IMG/VR virus record: IMGVR_UViG_2563366838_000005
DNA: 48,520 nucleotides
Strand: one strand, 5' to 3'
Source: a virus
Taxonomy: Duplodnaviria > Heunggongvirae > Uroviricota > Caudoviricetes
In this document: positions 1-10,152 of the stretch, in pieces
Layout of the letters: each line of letters opens with the position of its first letter
Position numbering within the stretch: position 1 is the stretch's first letter
Position numbers and translations under genes: made by a program
The notes under the pieces: model-generated
Told to the model about the DNA's origin: nothing
The model's input: the letters and a program-made list of their open reading frames with translations, nothing else
Database searches by the model: none

Positions 1-95
1 ATTCTCATCTGGAGAAAACAACATACATCCAGACGTATGCGCAGCTTATGCGGTTGCGTAATGGTGGCAGCCTGAAATCAAATCTGTATGAGTCG
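1..95. repeat. Terminal direct overlap: bases 1-95 are identical to 48426-48520, indicating a circular or circularly assembled molecule with a unique length of about 48425 bp
   Basis: Exact 95-nt identity between window start and window end, read directly from the sequence. Confidence 0.9.
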
Positions 96-782
96 TTGAT
101 CCTCCCGATCATTGCCAAGACGCCAAGAGGAATTGATTTTGGTTCGGGGCAGGGAGACTACGCGCGAATGCTCAGGGCAAAGGGATATAACCTGCATGAT
201 CTCGAGCTTTTCCGCCGTAAGGGCGCTGGAAACACTCTGGATAGGGCCGCAACAAACCGGATGATTGATACGCTGGTGGACGACTTAAAAACGCGAGGGC
301 GTTACGACTACGTGATTTGCGATAGCGTTTTGAACTCGGTCGATAGTGTCGAGGCTGAATGGTCCGTTCTGACGGTTCTGAAAGGCCTGTGTAAAGCTGG
401 TGGGTCAATATTCTTTTCTGGCCGTAGCCGTGGAGAACTGGAAACAGTCCTGAAGCAAACACAAGCGGCGAGTTCCAAAAGCCGGCTTTATTTTATTGAT
501 CATGACGGTTTTACCGCGTTGTACCGGAAGGGGCACTGGTTTTACCAGAAGTTTCACTCTGATGAGGAAGTGAAGCAGTTGTGTCGTGTACATGGTTTCA
601 GGATTAAGCGGTCAATATTCAACTGTAAGAGCTGGTATTTGCACGTCATTAACGATGATTCCCTTAGTTGGGCGAGTCTGGAGAAAGCTGTTCGTTTTGA
701 GTTTGAGTTGCCGTTGCCTGGTGGTTCAACAATCGGACGATCTGATGATGTGCTGGCGGCTTTCCGGCCGTTGATTAAGTAG
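1..782 (+). CDS. 3' portion of wrap-around gene: ParB-N-like domain fused to class I SAM-dependent methyltransferase (continues from 47834..48520; in-frame ATG at 48 is internal)
   Basis: Reading frame from ATG 47834 stays open to window end and is in phase with ORF 48..782; C-terminal part has GxGxG motif I (IDFGSGQG) and a YDYVICD motif II-like strand; no DPPY/NPPY motif seen. Confidence 0.65.
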   Translation, partial: SHLEKTTYIQTYAQLMRLRNGGSLKSNLYESLILPIIAKTPRGIDFGSGQGDYARMLRAKGYNLHDLELFRRKGAGNTLDRAATNRMIDTLVDDLKTRGRYDYVICDSVLNSVDSVEAEWSVLTVLKGLCKAGGSIFFSGRSRGELETVLKQTQAASSKSRLYFIDHDGFTALYRKGHWFYQKFHSDEEVKQLCRVHGFRIKRSIFNCKSWYLHVINDDSLSWASLEKAVRFEFELPLPGGSTIGRSDDVLAAFRPLIK

Positions 783-798
783 TGTGTAGGAGGCGCTG

Positions 799-1518
799 GT
801 GGCTGACAGAATTGAGATAAAGATGGATTTTTCTTCTCAGGATATTCAACGACAACTCCAGCGCCTTGAAGAACGCGAATTGCCGTTCGCAATGGCGCTT
901 GCGGCAACCAGAACGGCAAAGGCTTCTCAGGCTGCGATTAAGAATGAAATTAATCGGGTATTTGACAGGCCCACGCCGTGGATTCAGAACTCTACTTACG
1001 TTTTGGCCGCAAAGAAGAGTGATCCTACAGCCATTGTGTATGCTCGTGAATGGGGAGGAACGCCAGCCCCTGTAACGTTGACTCCGCAAATCGAAGGTGG
1101 CCAACGACAGTACAAACGCTCAGAAGGGGCGCTAAGGGCTGGTGGATATTTGCCTAACGGCTGGCAGATTGCTCCTGGTCCCGGCGCAAAGCTGGACAAA
1201 TACGGGAATATTTCGCGGGGGCAATTACAGCAGGTCTTATCTGGCCTAAGAGTTCAGCGAGATGCGCATCAAAATCGCCGTCAGGGCAAGCCTACGGAGT
1301 TTTTTGTTGTTCGACCTGGTACAAGTAACCCGCTTCAACCAGGCGTCTGGCAGCGCGTTGGGCGGCGTCCTACGTTGATCCTTACGTTTATCCAGCAACC
1401 TAACTATTCGCAGCGTCTTGATTGGCATGGCGTGGCGCTGCGTGCTGGTGAGGATGCGTTTGCTGATGAAGTCACAAAGGCTATTGATGACATTCTTTCC
1501 AAGACCTTCTCTCGTTAA
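799..1518 (+). CDS. Hypothetical protein (239 aa), tightly linked downstream of the ParB-methyltransferase fusion
   Basis: Long ORF starting 17 nt after the previous stop; no motif I recognise. Confidence 0.5.
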   Translation: MADRIEIKMDFSSQDIQRQLQRLEERELPFAMALAATRTAKASQAAIKNEINRVFDRPTPWIQNSTYVLAAKKSDPTAIVYAREWGGTPAPVTLTPQIEGGQRQYKRSEGALRAGGYLPNGWQIAPGPGAKLDKYGNISRGQLQQVLSGLRVQRDAHQNRRQGKPTEFFVVRPGTSNPLQPGVWQRVGRRPTLILTFIQQPNYSQRLDWHGVALRAGEDAFADEVTKAIDDILSKTFSR

Positions 1519-1692
1519 TCATCGTGTGGTTGATGGTGTTGTTATGCAGAGTGTATTCACTGTGTTCTGTAGCGTCGCTCGCTGGCTGTCTGTGGGGGAG
1601 CACGAGCATCGTTTCATCGTCCGGCAGAATTGGGTCCTTCTGGACAAAAGCGTTGGATGCGGGTCATTCGAACCCCGATGTTCGGCTAGCTA

Positions 1693-2075
1693 AACGTGAA
1701 AAAAGTTAGGTTAAAAGTTGCGGTAAAAGAAATTTACTCATCTCATTGAAAAATATCGGGAAAACGTGATTTTTTGCTGTATTTGTGCTGGTAAAAAGAA
1801 AGTAGAAAATTTTCTTTTAGATCATCAAGATACGCGCAGATCTTTAACCAATGTGATGTTGTTCTGATAAAAATCGTTATAAATCATGCAAATACATCCA
1901 ATCTTTTAACCAAAACACCATCTCAAGATCCTTTTTACTTATAAAAACTTAATAAAATCAGATGATTATGCTGGTTTGTGTGATTTTTTATGAGTAAAAA
2001 GATCGTCATTTTTCTCTTTTAGTATCAATAAGTTAAACAGTTTTCTTTAACCTGTTGTGTTATGGCGGTTAAAAA
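1693..2075. promoter_or_regulatory. AT-rich ORF-free region upstream of packaging genes; candidate packaging site and/or late promoter
   Basis: About 380 bp with no ORF; three copies of TCTT(T)TAACC (near 1842, 1902, 2045) and four GATC sites. Confidence 0.3.
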
Positions 2076-2666
2076 ATGGCTCTAAAAATCGAATATTTAC
2101 CAGTCGGTAAGCTGCTCAGATACGCCAAAAATTCACGGACTCATTCAGATGAGCAGGTTGAACAGTTGGTGAACAGTATCCGTGAGTTCGGTTTCACTAA
2201 TCCTGTGCTGATCGATGAAAAGAATGAACTGATTGCGGGGCATGGTCGGCTTGCAGCAGCCGAAATTCTGGAAATGGATAAAGTTCCGGCGATTCGGTTG
2301 AGTAACCTTTCTGAAAAACAGAAGAAGGCTTACAGGATTGCAGATAACAAGCTGGCCTTAAATGCTGGCTGGGATATGCAGCTTCTGGCCGAAGAAGTCA
2401 AAGAGTTAATGGATGATGATTTTGATATTGATCTGCTTGGGTTTAATGATGCAGAGCTTGACGAAATGTTAAGCGATGAACAGCCGCAGGAAGAAGACGA
2501 TAATTCTTCCCCTGTTGTTCAAATTAAGTACCTGGCTATTGATAAAGAACGTATTCCCGCGACGGATATGGAAATTGCATTGTTGCTGGATGTTTATCGT
2601 CAGTACCACGACGCGCATGAAACGCATGAGGGATTTGTTCAGTATCTTGCTAATGGTTGCAAGTAA
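2076..2666 (+). CDS. ParB-like nuclease domain protein
   Basis: KNSRTHS and GHGRLAAA motifs typical of ParB N-terminal domain; paralog of 47211..47834. Confidence 0.75.
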   Translation: MALKIEYLPVGKLLRYAKNSRTHSDEQVEQLVNSIREFGFTNPVLIDEKNELIAGHGRLAAAEILEMDKVPAIRLSNLSEKQKKAYRIADNKLALNAGWDMQLLAEEVKELMDDDFDIDLLGFNDAELDEMLSDEQPQEEDDNSSPVVQIKYLAIDKERIPATDMEIALLLDVYRQYHDAHETHEGFVQYLANGCK

Positions 2667-3217
2667 TGGCCATCGTCAGTAAGTCAGAGTTTGCTCGCCG
2701 GAAAGGTATTTCTCCGGCAATGGTTACGAAGCTCTGTCGTTCCGGTCGCATTCCAGTGCTGAAAAGCGGCAAGCTGGATTTTGATAAAGCCAGTGCGGCT
2801 TATGAAGCGAGCCGACAGGTTGGTCGTGAGGTATCTGCTGAAAATGGAAAAAGAGGGCATGGGATATCTTCGGAACAACCAGAGTTACCCGCTGATGATG
2901 CCGGATTAGCTGGTGGTACTTCCGGTGTTGCGGTGCAATTCAACAAGGCTAAGACCGCAGAAAAAATTTATCAGGCAAAGCTGAAACGCCTTGAATTTGA
3001 AGAAAAGGAAGGCTCTCTCATCGCTAAAGATGCGGTCAGGGATGATGCATTTCTGGCAGCTAATGAATTGCGTAGCCGCTTATTTAGTATTGCTCCAAGA
3101 GCAGCTCCCCGTTGTGAAGGCAAAACAGCCAGGGAGATCGAACGCATTATTGAAGACGAGATTAATTTTGCGCTTCAGGCGCTCCAGGAATCCCGATTTA
3201 TTAAGCAGGAAGAATAA
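2657..3217 (+). CDS. Putative terminase small subunit
   Basis: 186 aa ORF directly upstream of large terminase with N-terminal HTH-like segment; assigned by position. Confidence 0.5.
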   Translation: MQVMAIVSKSEFARRKGISPAMVTKLCRSGRIPVLKSGKLDFDKASAAYEASRQVGREVSAENGKRGHGISSEQPELPADDAGLAGGTSGVAVQFNKAKTAEKIYQAKLKRLEFEEKEGSLIAKDAVRDDAFLAANELRSRLFSIAPRAAPRCEGKTAREIERIIEDEINFALQALQESRFIKQEE

Positions 3218-3222
3218 ACCTC

Positions 3223-5079
3223 ATGGGCGAAACAGTATGGAGCACCGCTTTTTTCCGTGCGCTTCGCCCTAAATCACGGCTAACTGTTTCCGAATGGGCT
3301 GATAAGTATCGTCATGTAGCGCCGGGAACGTCTCCAGAGCCAGGGCCGTGGCGTACAAGCCGAGTGCCATATTTGCGTGAACCAATGGATGTTATTGGTG
3401 ACGCTGATACAGAAACAGTAGTGATGCAATGTAGCTCGCAAATTGGTAAATCCGAATTACAGCTAAATGTTATGGGTTACTTTGCAGATCAGGAGCCATC
3501 TCCTCAGTTGATGATTTATCCAACGGTAGAGGCGGCTGAGGCTTTTTCAAAAGAGCGTATTGATCCGACGTTCAAATATTCCCCTGGTTTGAAACACAAG
3601 CTGCATGAAGGGAAAGAGGGGCGCGGTGCAGCCAAAAAGTCCAGCACGACTATACGTATGAAGCATTACGCTGGTGGATATATAGCACTTGTTGGTGCTA
3701 ATTCCCCAGCAGGTCTTGCATCCAGGCCAATTCGAATACTGTTAGCTGATGAGATTGATCGTTACGGTGTGACGCAGGAGGGCGACCCACTAAAACTAGG
3801 TATTCAGCGTACTACCAACTTTCATAATCGTAAGAAAGTTTTTGTTTCTACTCCTGTTTTGGAGGAAACGAGCAAAATCCACAAGTGGTTTAAGCTCTCC
3901 GATCAGCGTTACTACCATGTTCCTTGCCCATGTTGTGGCACCATGCAGGTGATGAAATGGTCGCAAGTCAGATGGGATAAGAGCGATTCAGGTGAGGCGT
4001 TACCGGAAACGGCCAGATATGAGTGCTGTGAGTGCGGCGGGATTATGCGCGGATCTGGTAAACCAGACGTTGATTGGTTGGCGAAGGGGGTATGGATAGC
4101 TGAACATACTGGAGTTAAAGGTATTGTTGGTTTTCATATTAACAGTCTTTACTCCCCGTGGGTTGCATTGTCAGAGCTGGTTGAAGAATTTACGGAAGCA
4201 ACCAGAAACCGCGATAAAAATGGATTAATGGAGTTTATTAACCTTAAGCTGGGTGAGCCATGGAAAGAGGATGCTAAAGACGATATCGATCCTGAATACT
4301 TGTTGCAACGCAGAATAAGGTTTGAAGAGTTTTTACCAGATGATGTTTTATTGTTAAGTGCTGGTGTTGACGTACAGGACACGTATTTAGTTTGTGAATT
4401 GGTCGGTTGGGGAAAAGGTAAGGAGTCATGGGGGATAGAATATAAAATATTCCCAGGTGATCCCGCACAAGATGTTGTCTGGAAACAACTTGATGAATAC
4501 TTACTCCGTAGCTGGTCATTCCGTGACGGTCGAAAATTACAGATTTCTTCCGTTTGTATTGACTCTGGTGGGCATTTTACGACAGAGGTATATCGCTTTA
4601 CTAAGCCGAGAGAATCAAGGCGAATATACTCTATCAGGGGGCGTGGTGGGGTAGGTTTACCATTTATAGGAAAGCCAAGTAATAATAACCGTGTGGGTGC
4701 TATGTTGTTTAATTTGGGGGTTGATGATGGTAAAGGGACCATCATGGCAAGAATTAAACTACATGATCCTGGTCCTGGTTATATGCATTTCCCATTAGAT
4801 TCTGACAGAGGATATGATACCGAATACTTTAAAGGATTATTATCAGAGAAGAAAATATTTGAATATAAAAATGGGCAGACAAAAGAAAAGTGGGTGAAAG
4901 TCTACGAGCGTAACGAGCCTCTTGATTGCCGTAACTATGCAACTGCCGCGATGGAAATTCTGAACCCTAATTTTAACTGGCTTGCCGAACAGGAAATGCG
5001 AGGTAATGTGTATGTGCAGAACTCGTCAGGTATACGTAGAAGACGCCGTAGAGTTATAAGTAAAGGCGTAACCATATAG
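3223..5079 (+). CDS. Terminase large subunit, lambda gpA-like
   Basis: 618 aa; size and sequence character match the GpA terminase family; followed by gpW-like and portal genes. Confidence 0.85.
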   Translation: MGETVWSTAFFRALRPKSRLTVSEWADKYRHVAPGTSPEPGPWRTSRVPYLREPMDVIGDADTETVVMQCSSQIGKSELQLNVMGYFADQEPSPQLMIYPTVEAAEAFSKERIDPTFKYSPGLKHKLHEGKEGRGAAKKSSTTIRMKHYAGGYIALVGANSPAGLASRPIRILLADEIDRYGVTQEGDPLKLGIQRTTNFHNRKKVFVSTPVLEETSKIHKWFKLSDQRYYHVPCPCCGTMQVMKWSQVRWDKSDSGEALPETARYECCECGGIMRGSGKPDVDWLAKGVWIAEHTGVKGIVGFHINSLYSPWVALSELVEEFTEATRNRDKNGLMEFINLKLGEPWKEDAKDDIDPEYLLQRRIRFEEFLPDDVLLLSAGVDVQDTYLVCELVGWGKGKESWGIEYKIFPGDPAQDVVWKQLDEYLLRSWSFRDGRKLQISSVCIDSGGHFTTEVYRFTKPRESRRIYSIRGRGGVGLPFIGKPSNNNRVGAMLFNLGVDDGKGTIMARIKLHDPGPGYMHFPLDSDRGYDTEYFKGLLSEKKIFEYKNGQTKEKWVKVYERNEPLDCRNYATAAMEILNPNFNWLAEQEMRGNVYVQNSSGIRRRRRRVISKGVTI

Positions 5080-5090
5080 AGGAAATATAA

Positions 5091-5330
5091 ATGAACAATG
5101 AAGCATTTTCTCTGACTGAAGCCAGAGAGATGTTATCTGTCTGGCGGGAAGCATATCGCGCTATTGCTATTGGCGGTCAGTCATATAAATTTGGTACGCG
5201 GCAGTTAACTCGTGCGGATTTATCAGAAGTCAGAAAAGAGATGGATTACTGGCGTAATGAAGTAGAAAGATTATCAGCAGGTATACGCCGAGGCCCACGA
5301 ATTAAACGAGTGGTGATAAGAGATTTATGA
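5091..5330 (+). CDS. Head-tail joining protein, gpW-like
   Basis: 79 aa between terminase and portal; C-terminal RRGP motif as in lambda W. Confidence 0.6.
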   Translation: MNNEAFSLTEAREMLSVWREAYRAIAIGGQSYKFGTRQLTRADLSEVRKEMDYWRNEVERLSAGIRRGPRIKRVVIRDL

Positions 5331-6901
5331 ATATTCTTGATCGAGTTATTGCGCCGTTTTCACCTCAGAGGGCATTAAATCGAGCTTTGGCAAGAAAACG
5401 GTTAGAAGCACTTGAAGGTATTAATAACCTTGGATATTCACGTCATGGTGCAAGCACTCATAAAAAATCATTAAGGGGTTGGTTTAGTAAAGCTGGTTCT
5501 CCTGATGATGATATTGTTAAAAATATAGATAAATTGCGTGAGCGTTCTCGTGATCTCTTCATGGGAAACCCGCTATCGGTTGGCGCAATAAAAACTATCA
5601 GGACAAACGTTGTTGGTTCCGGTTTAAAACTAAATGCGAACATTGATGCCGATTTCTTGGGGATGACGCAGGAAGAAGCGCGAGCATGGGAAAAGCATGT
5701 TGAGCGTGAGTTTAGATTATGGGCTGATTCTCCAAATTGTGATGCATCAAGAATGTGTACTTTTGGACAATTGCAATCATTGGTCCAAATATCTGCGTTA
5801 ACATCTGGCGATATATTTGCTGCGCTACCAGTTATTAAGCGTAAGGGTGTTATATATGATTTGTGCGTCTATTTAATTGAAGGTGATCGTGTTTGCAATC
5901 CAGAGGATCGTTTTATACCAAATCTTTACGGTGGCGTAGAGGTTGGTGAATTTAGCGAGCCTGTGGCGTACTGGGTTGCAAAACATCACCCAGCCGGGAC
6001 TTCTGGTTTTGTAACCCGCAAGTGGGAACGTATTCCCGCATATGGGAGTAAAACAGGAAGAAGAAATATTCTGCATGTCATGCAGGATTTTGAAAGGCCT
6101 GGGCAACGTCGTGGCGTTCCTGTCCTTGCTCCTGTTATTGAAGCATTGAAGCAGTTAGGACGATACACCGATGCTGAATTGGTTGCTGCGGTTGTGTCAG
6201 GGATGTTTACTGTCTTTATTAAAACAGACGCTCCTGATGGACCAGTCGGTGAATCGGGTATCCCTCAGTACGAGCAGATCGATAACCATGATGATAACAC
6301 CCAAGAAATGGGGAATGGCTCCATAGTAAGTTTGGGTGAAGGTGAGTCGATAGATACAGCAAATCCCGGGCGACCAAATACGGCATTTGATGGTTTTGTT
6401 GTCGCCATATGCCGTCAAATTGGGGCTGCTTTAGAACTCCCTTACGAACTCTTGGTAAAGCATTTTACAGCAAGTTATAGCGCAAGCAGGGCCGCATTAC
6501 TTGAAGCCTGGAAAATGTTCCGTATGCGACGTGACTGGATGGTTCAGTCATTTTGCCAACCGATCTATGAGGAATGGTTGGCCGAAGCCGTTGCTAAAGG
6601 TCGTGTTATTGCCCCTGGTTTTTTTTATGGGCCTGAATATCGCGCTGCATGGAGTGGCGCTCAATGGTATGGCCCATCACAAGGCCAATTAGATCCCCTT
6701 AAAGAAGTCAAAGCTGCAAAACTGCGTGTTGAGGAAACATTCTCTACCCGTGAAAAGGAAGCGGCTGAAATGTCAGGTCTTAACTGGGAAGAAACCGCAC
6801 AAATTTGTGGCAGAGAAGAGAATGCTCGCCGTGAGTTGGGGCTGATTACGCCTCCTGTTTCTGAGGTAAATGAACAAAATATGGAGACAGATGATGCCTA
6901 A
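5327..6901 (+). CDS. Portal protein, lambda gpB-like
   Basis: 524 aa ORF in the canonical position after gpW; overlapping start/stop with neighbours. Confidence 0.8.
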   Translation: MNILDRVIAPFSPQRALNRALARKRLEALEGINNLGYSRHGASTHKKSLRGWFSKAGSPDDDIVKNIDKLRERSRDLFMGNPLSVGAIKTIRTNVVGSGLKLNANIDADFLGMTQEEARAWEKHVEREFRLWADSPNCDASRMCTFGQLQSLVQISALTSGDIFAALPVIKRKGVIYDLCVYLIEGDRVCNPEDRFIPNLYGGVEVGEFSEPVAYWVAKHHPAGTSGFVTRKWERIPAYGSKTGRRNILHVMQDFERPGQRRGVPVLAPVIEALKQLGRYTDAELVAAVVSGMFTVFIKTDAPDGPVGESGIPQYEQIDNHDDNTQEMGNGSIVSLGEGESIDTANPGRPNTAFDGFVVAICRQIGAALELPYELLVKHFTASYSASRAALLEAWKMFRMRRDWMVQSFCQPIYEEWLAEAVAKGRVIAPGFFYGPEYRAAWSGAQWYGPSQGQLDPLKEVKAAKLRVEETFSTREKEAAEMSGLNWEETAQICGREENARRELGLITPPVSEVNEQNMETDDA

Positions 6902-7958
6902 TTGGTGGGAAATAAAAAATAGCACGGGTGAAGATGACTCTCCGGCTGAACTTTTAATCTACGGATATATTGGCGAATTTGATGAGGTTTCTTCTTCTGA
7001 CATAGTTAATAAATTAAAGGATATATCATCAAATGCTATCAACGTAAAAATTAATAGTTATGGTGGTTCTGTTTTTACTGCTCAAGCTATTCTTTCTTCA
7101 TTAAAACGTCATAAGGCTAATATTACTGTTTATATTGATGGTATTGCTGCATCGGCTGCAACCATTATTGCAATGGCAGGTGATAAAGTTGTTATCCCAT
7201 CTAATGCTATGATGATGATCCATAATCCGTGGACATTTGCTGCTGGTGATGCGGATGAACTACGTGATATTGCTGAGATGATGGATAAGATACGAGATAG
7301 TATTTTATCTGCATATAAGGAGAAAACAGGGCTTTCTGAGGATAAATTAATTGAACTAATGGATCAGGAAACATGGCTAAATGCAGAAGAGGCTGTAGAG
7401 CTTGGATTTGCTGACGAAGTTGAAAAACCAATGCGCTTATCCGCTTCTATAAAGGAAGGGATGCTTTCGCTCAATGGAATAACTTTTGAAGCATCAAGGT
7501 TTTCAAAATTACCTGATTCGCTCGCAAAGTTGCCACAAAATAAAAATGAATTATCTACTGAATTAAATGAACAAAATGAGGACGATGTTGTGACTCTTGA
7601 TGAATTAAAAAATAAACATCCAGAATTATACAATCAGGTTTTTAATGCTGGTAAAGACGAGGGCGTTAAATCAGAACGCGAGCGCATTGAAACAATCGAG
7701 AATAGCGTGATTCCAGGTCATGACGACCTGGTTAAGAATGCAAAATTCAAAACGGGAGTTTCTGCGGCTGAACTTGCTTTGGAAATTATGAATGCAGAGC
7801 GAGCGCGTAACAAAAACTTTCTTAATCAACGGCAAGAAGACGCAAATGAGGTGAATGATTCAGTTGATGTTAATCAACCAGAAAACAACGGAGATAAACA
7901 AGCTGAAGTAGTAAAAAATGTTATTGGGTCAGTATTTAAAAACCGCGATAAAAATTAA
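6870..7958 (+). CDS. Prohead serine protease, ClpP-like, with C-terminal scaffold-like region (alternative start 6891)
   Basis: YGGSV...GIAASAA...MMMIHNPW motifs typical of ClpP-family phage proteases; acidic coiled C-terminus. Confidence 0.75.
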   Translation: MNKIWRQMMPNWWEIKNSTGEDDSPAELLIYGYIGEFDEVSSSDIVNKLKDISSNAINVKINSYGGSVFTAQAILSSLKRHKANITVYIDGIAASAATIIAMAGDKVVIPSNAMMMIHNPWTFAAGDADELRDIAEMMDKIRDSILSAYKEKTGLSEDKLIELMDQETWLNAEEAVELGFADEVEKPMRLSASIKEGMLSLNGITFEASRFSKLPDSLAKLPQNKNELSTELNEQNEDDVVTLDELKNKHPELYNQVFNAGKDEGVKSERERIETIENSVIPGHDDLVKNAKFKTGVSAAELALEIMNAERARNKNFLNQRQEDANEVNDSVDVNQPENNGDKQAEVVKNVIGSVFKNRDKN

Positions 7959-7967
7959 GGTGAGTTT

Positions 7968-8351
7968 ATGCGAGAGTCTTTTTCATTTGAACCAGATAAT
8001 CTGATTATTTCTGGTGGTATGCCAGCAATTACAACAAGTATTAAACTTGCCAGCGGTAAAGTAAATCGAGGTGAGTTGCTTGCTTTTGTCAGTATTGATC
8101 AGACAACAAATGTTGTCACTGTAGCACCAATAAATCTCTCTGGTGAGGGGGTGGCAAAAGAACCGTATTGTATCGCTCAACACAGTATTGATGCGACTGA
8201 TTCAGCGCAAGTTGGAACAGCATGGCTGACCGGAATGTTCAATGCACATGCGGTTATCCTTCCTGAATCAGCAAAGATTGCCGATGTATATCTGGCTTGC
8301 CGGAAGGTTGGGATATTCCTTAACACCGCACAACAAAATCCATCTGCATAA
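7968..8351 (+). CDS. Putative head decoration protein (gpD-like)
   Basis: 127 aa ORF between protease and major capsid gene; assigned by size and position. Confidence 0.45.
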   Translation: MRESFSFEPDNLIISGGMPAITTSIKLASGKVNRGELLAFVSIDQTTNVVTVAPINLSGEGVAKEPYCIAQHSIDATDSAQVGTAWLTGMFNAHAVILPESAKIADVYLACRKVGIFLNTAQQNPSA

Positions 8352-8371
8352 TATAAAGAGGTCGTATTTTT

Positions 8372-9415
8372 ATGCCGAATATTGATATTTTTGAACGACG
8401 TACAATGCTTGAGCCTGTTATTCAGAATTTCAAGGCTCGTCGTTTTCTTCTTCGTACCTTTTTTCCTGGTGTTCAGACCTTTAATACAAAGAAAGTTGAT
8501 CTGGATTTTGTTCGCGGTGGCCGTACTATGGCTCCGTTTGTTGGTAAAGGTTTTGGCTCAAAAACCGTTGAGCGACGCGGCTTTGTAACGAGAACTCTGG
8601 AGCCACCACTTGTTGCACCTGATTTGGTAACAACAGCAGAGCTGCTTTTAAACAGGCTTCCGGGTGAGAATATTTACAACGCAAAATCGCCAGCAGAACG
8701 AGCCGCCGAGCAATTAGGTAAAGATTTGCTTGAGCTTGATGAAATGGTTAACCGCCGTGAAGAATGGATGTGTGCACAAGTCTTGTTTACGGGGCAGGTT
8801 GATATTGTTGGTGAAGGTGTGGATGACACAGTTTATTTTTGGCCTGAAGAGGAAGGAGATAAACCATATCTTGAACTGACAGGTGATGATTTATGGAGTG
8901 CTGCAAAATCAGATCCGTTGGTCAATGTTCGCAACTGGAAACGTCGGGTATCACTAACTTCAGGTTTTACACCTCGTGTTGCCGTAATGGGCGCAAAAGT
9001 TGTTGATGCTTTCGTTAAAAATGAAGCAGTAACTAAATATCTTGATAATCGCCGAAAAGAGCTTGGGTATATTGAGCCTAAGGAGTTAGAAGAAGGCGTA
9101 ACTCATTATGGCAATCTTGAAGGTGTCGATTTTTATGGTTACGACGAACTTATTCGCAATGATAAAACAGGAAAACCAGAACCATTAGTACCGGAAGATA
9201 AGATCCTCTTTGGCTCTCCTGGTCGAGGAACGATGCTGTATGGTGCTGTAGAGCTTGTAGATGACGCCGAAAAGACTCTAACGATTGTTGAGTCACCACG
9301 AGTTCCAGACACCTGGGTAACTCGTAAGCCGGCTGGCCGTTATGTTGCCATGAAGTCATCTCCACTGCCTAATCCTGGTGTGGCTGATGCCTATCTGGTG
9401 GCTAAGGTGGTTTAA
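8372..9415 (+). CDS. Major capsid protein, lambda gpE-like
   Basis: 347 aa; N-terminal FLLRTFFPG region resembles lambda E; strong SD; canonical position. Confidence 0.8.
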   Translation: MPNIDIFERRTMLEPVIQNFKARRFLLRTFFPGVQTFNTKKVDLDFVRGGRTMAPFVGKGFGSKTVERRGFVTRTLEPPLVAPDLVTTAELLLNRLPGENIYNAKSPAERAAEQLGKDLLELDEMVNRREEWMCAQVLFTGQVDIVGEGVDDTVYFWPEEEGDKPYLELTGDDLWSAAKSDPLVNVRNWKRRVSLTSGFTPRVAVMGAKVVDAFVKNEAVTKYLDNRRKELGYIEPKELEEGVTHYGNLEGVDFYGYDELIRNDKTGKPEPLVPEDKILFGSPGRGTMLYGAVELVDDAEKTLTIVESPRVPDTWVTRKPAGRYVAMKSSPLPNPGVADAYLVAKVV

Positions 9416-9808
9416 ATGGCCAGACTGATTAAAAACATTGATACGATAAGCCACGGCTCGCTAAAAGCGGGCCGTTTGCTTAATGGGCTAATGGATAACT
9501 CCAGAATTGCCGAACTGATTGCGTCAGGACATGCTATTGCCACCGAAGAGGATGGTGATTTGGCATCGGCCGGGGGCTATGATGCTGCTAAGTTAGCTTT
9601 TGAGCATGGATACGCATCTGCTGTTAATGATGCTGTGGACGCGGGGTTGATTACGCGAACGGAGGCGGGTAGCTGTGTATTCGAGGTTGAGTTTGAGGAT
9701 GATGGCGGCAATGAGGAAACGGTTGCTGATGATTCATCTGAATCTGTAGCTACTTCTGATACCAGTAATGCGAAAAAATCAACGCAAAAAAAAGGTAATA
9801 AGAAGTAA
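9416..9808 (+). CDS. Hypothetical head-associated protein with acidic C-terminus
   Basis: ORF immediately after capsid gene. Confidence 0.45.
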   Translation: MARLIKNIDTISHGSLKAGRLLNGLMDNSRIAELIASGHAIATEEDGDLASAGGYDAAKLAFEHGYASAVNDAVDAGLITRTEAGSCVFEVEFEDDGGNEETVADDSSESVATSDTSNAKKSTQKKGNKK

Positions 9809-10152
9809 TGAACTCCTTCAAAGAGGTTATAGCGCAAGATATTTCTGCAATATTCCTCAATGAAAAAGAGTTTGCCGATACATATAACATAGACGGCAAG
9901 GATATCCTTGCCGTTATTGATACAGACCTTATTCATGAGCGGAATAAACGCTCATATGCTGAGTTTGCAGAGGGAATAAATCAGGGGCAAATAATATTAT
10001 TTGTTTCAAGAAAAGATTTTCCTGTTCTCCCTGTCAAAGACCAGTCAATGAAAATCAACGGTAAAAATTATATTATTGATGAAGTATCAGATAATGTTGG
10101 TGTATTGGAAATAACTCTCACTGTTAATACTAACAGAGGAATGCCGATTTGA
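9808..10152 (+). CDS. Putative head completion / head-tail connector protein
   Basis: Position between head and tail modules, overlapping start. Confidence 0.4.
   Translation: MNSFKEVIAQDISAIFLNEKEFADTYNIDGKDILAVIDTDLIHERNKRSYAEFAEGINQGQIILFVSRKDFPVLPVKDQSMKINGKNYIIDEVSDNVGVLEITLTVNTNRGMPI

Noticed and set aside
4149-4745. Minus-strand ORFs inside terminase and other structural genes (also 9577..9936, 10721..10987, 11077..11352, 13469..13774, 14535..14786, 15672..15926, 17614..18182, 20060..20392, 21477..22450)
   Set aside because: All are embedded antisense within long, well-supported + strand genes of a tightly packed operon
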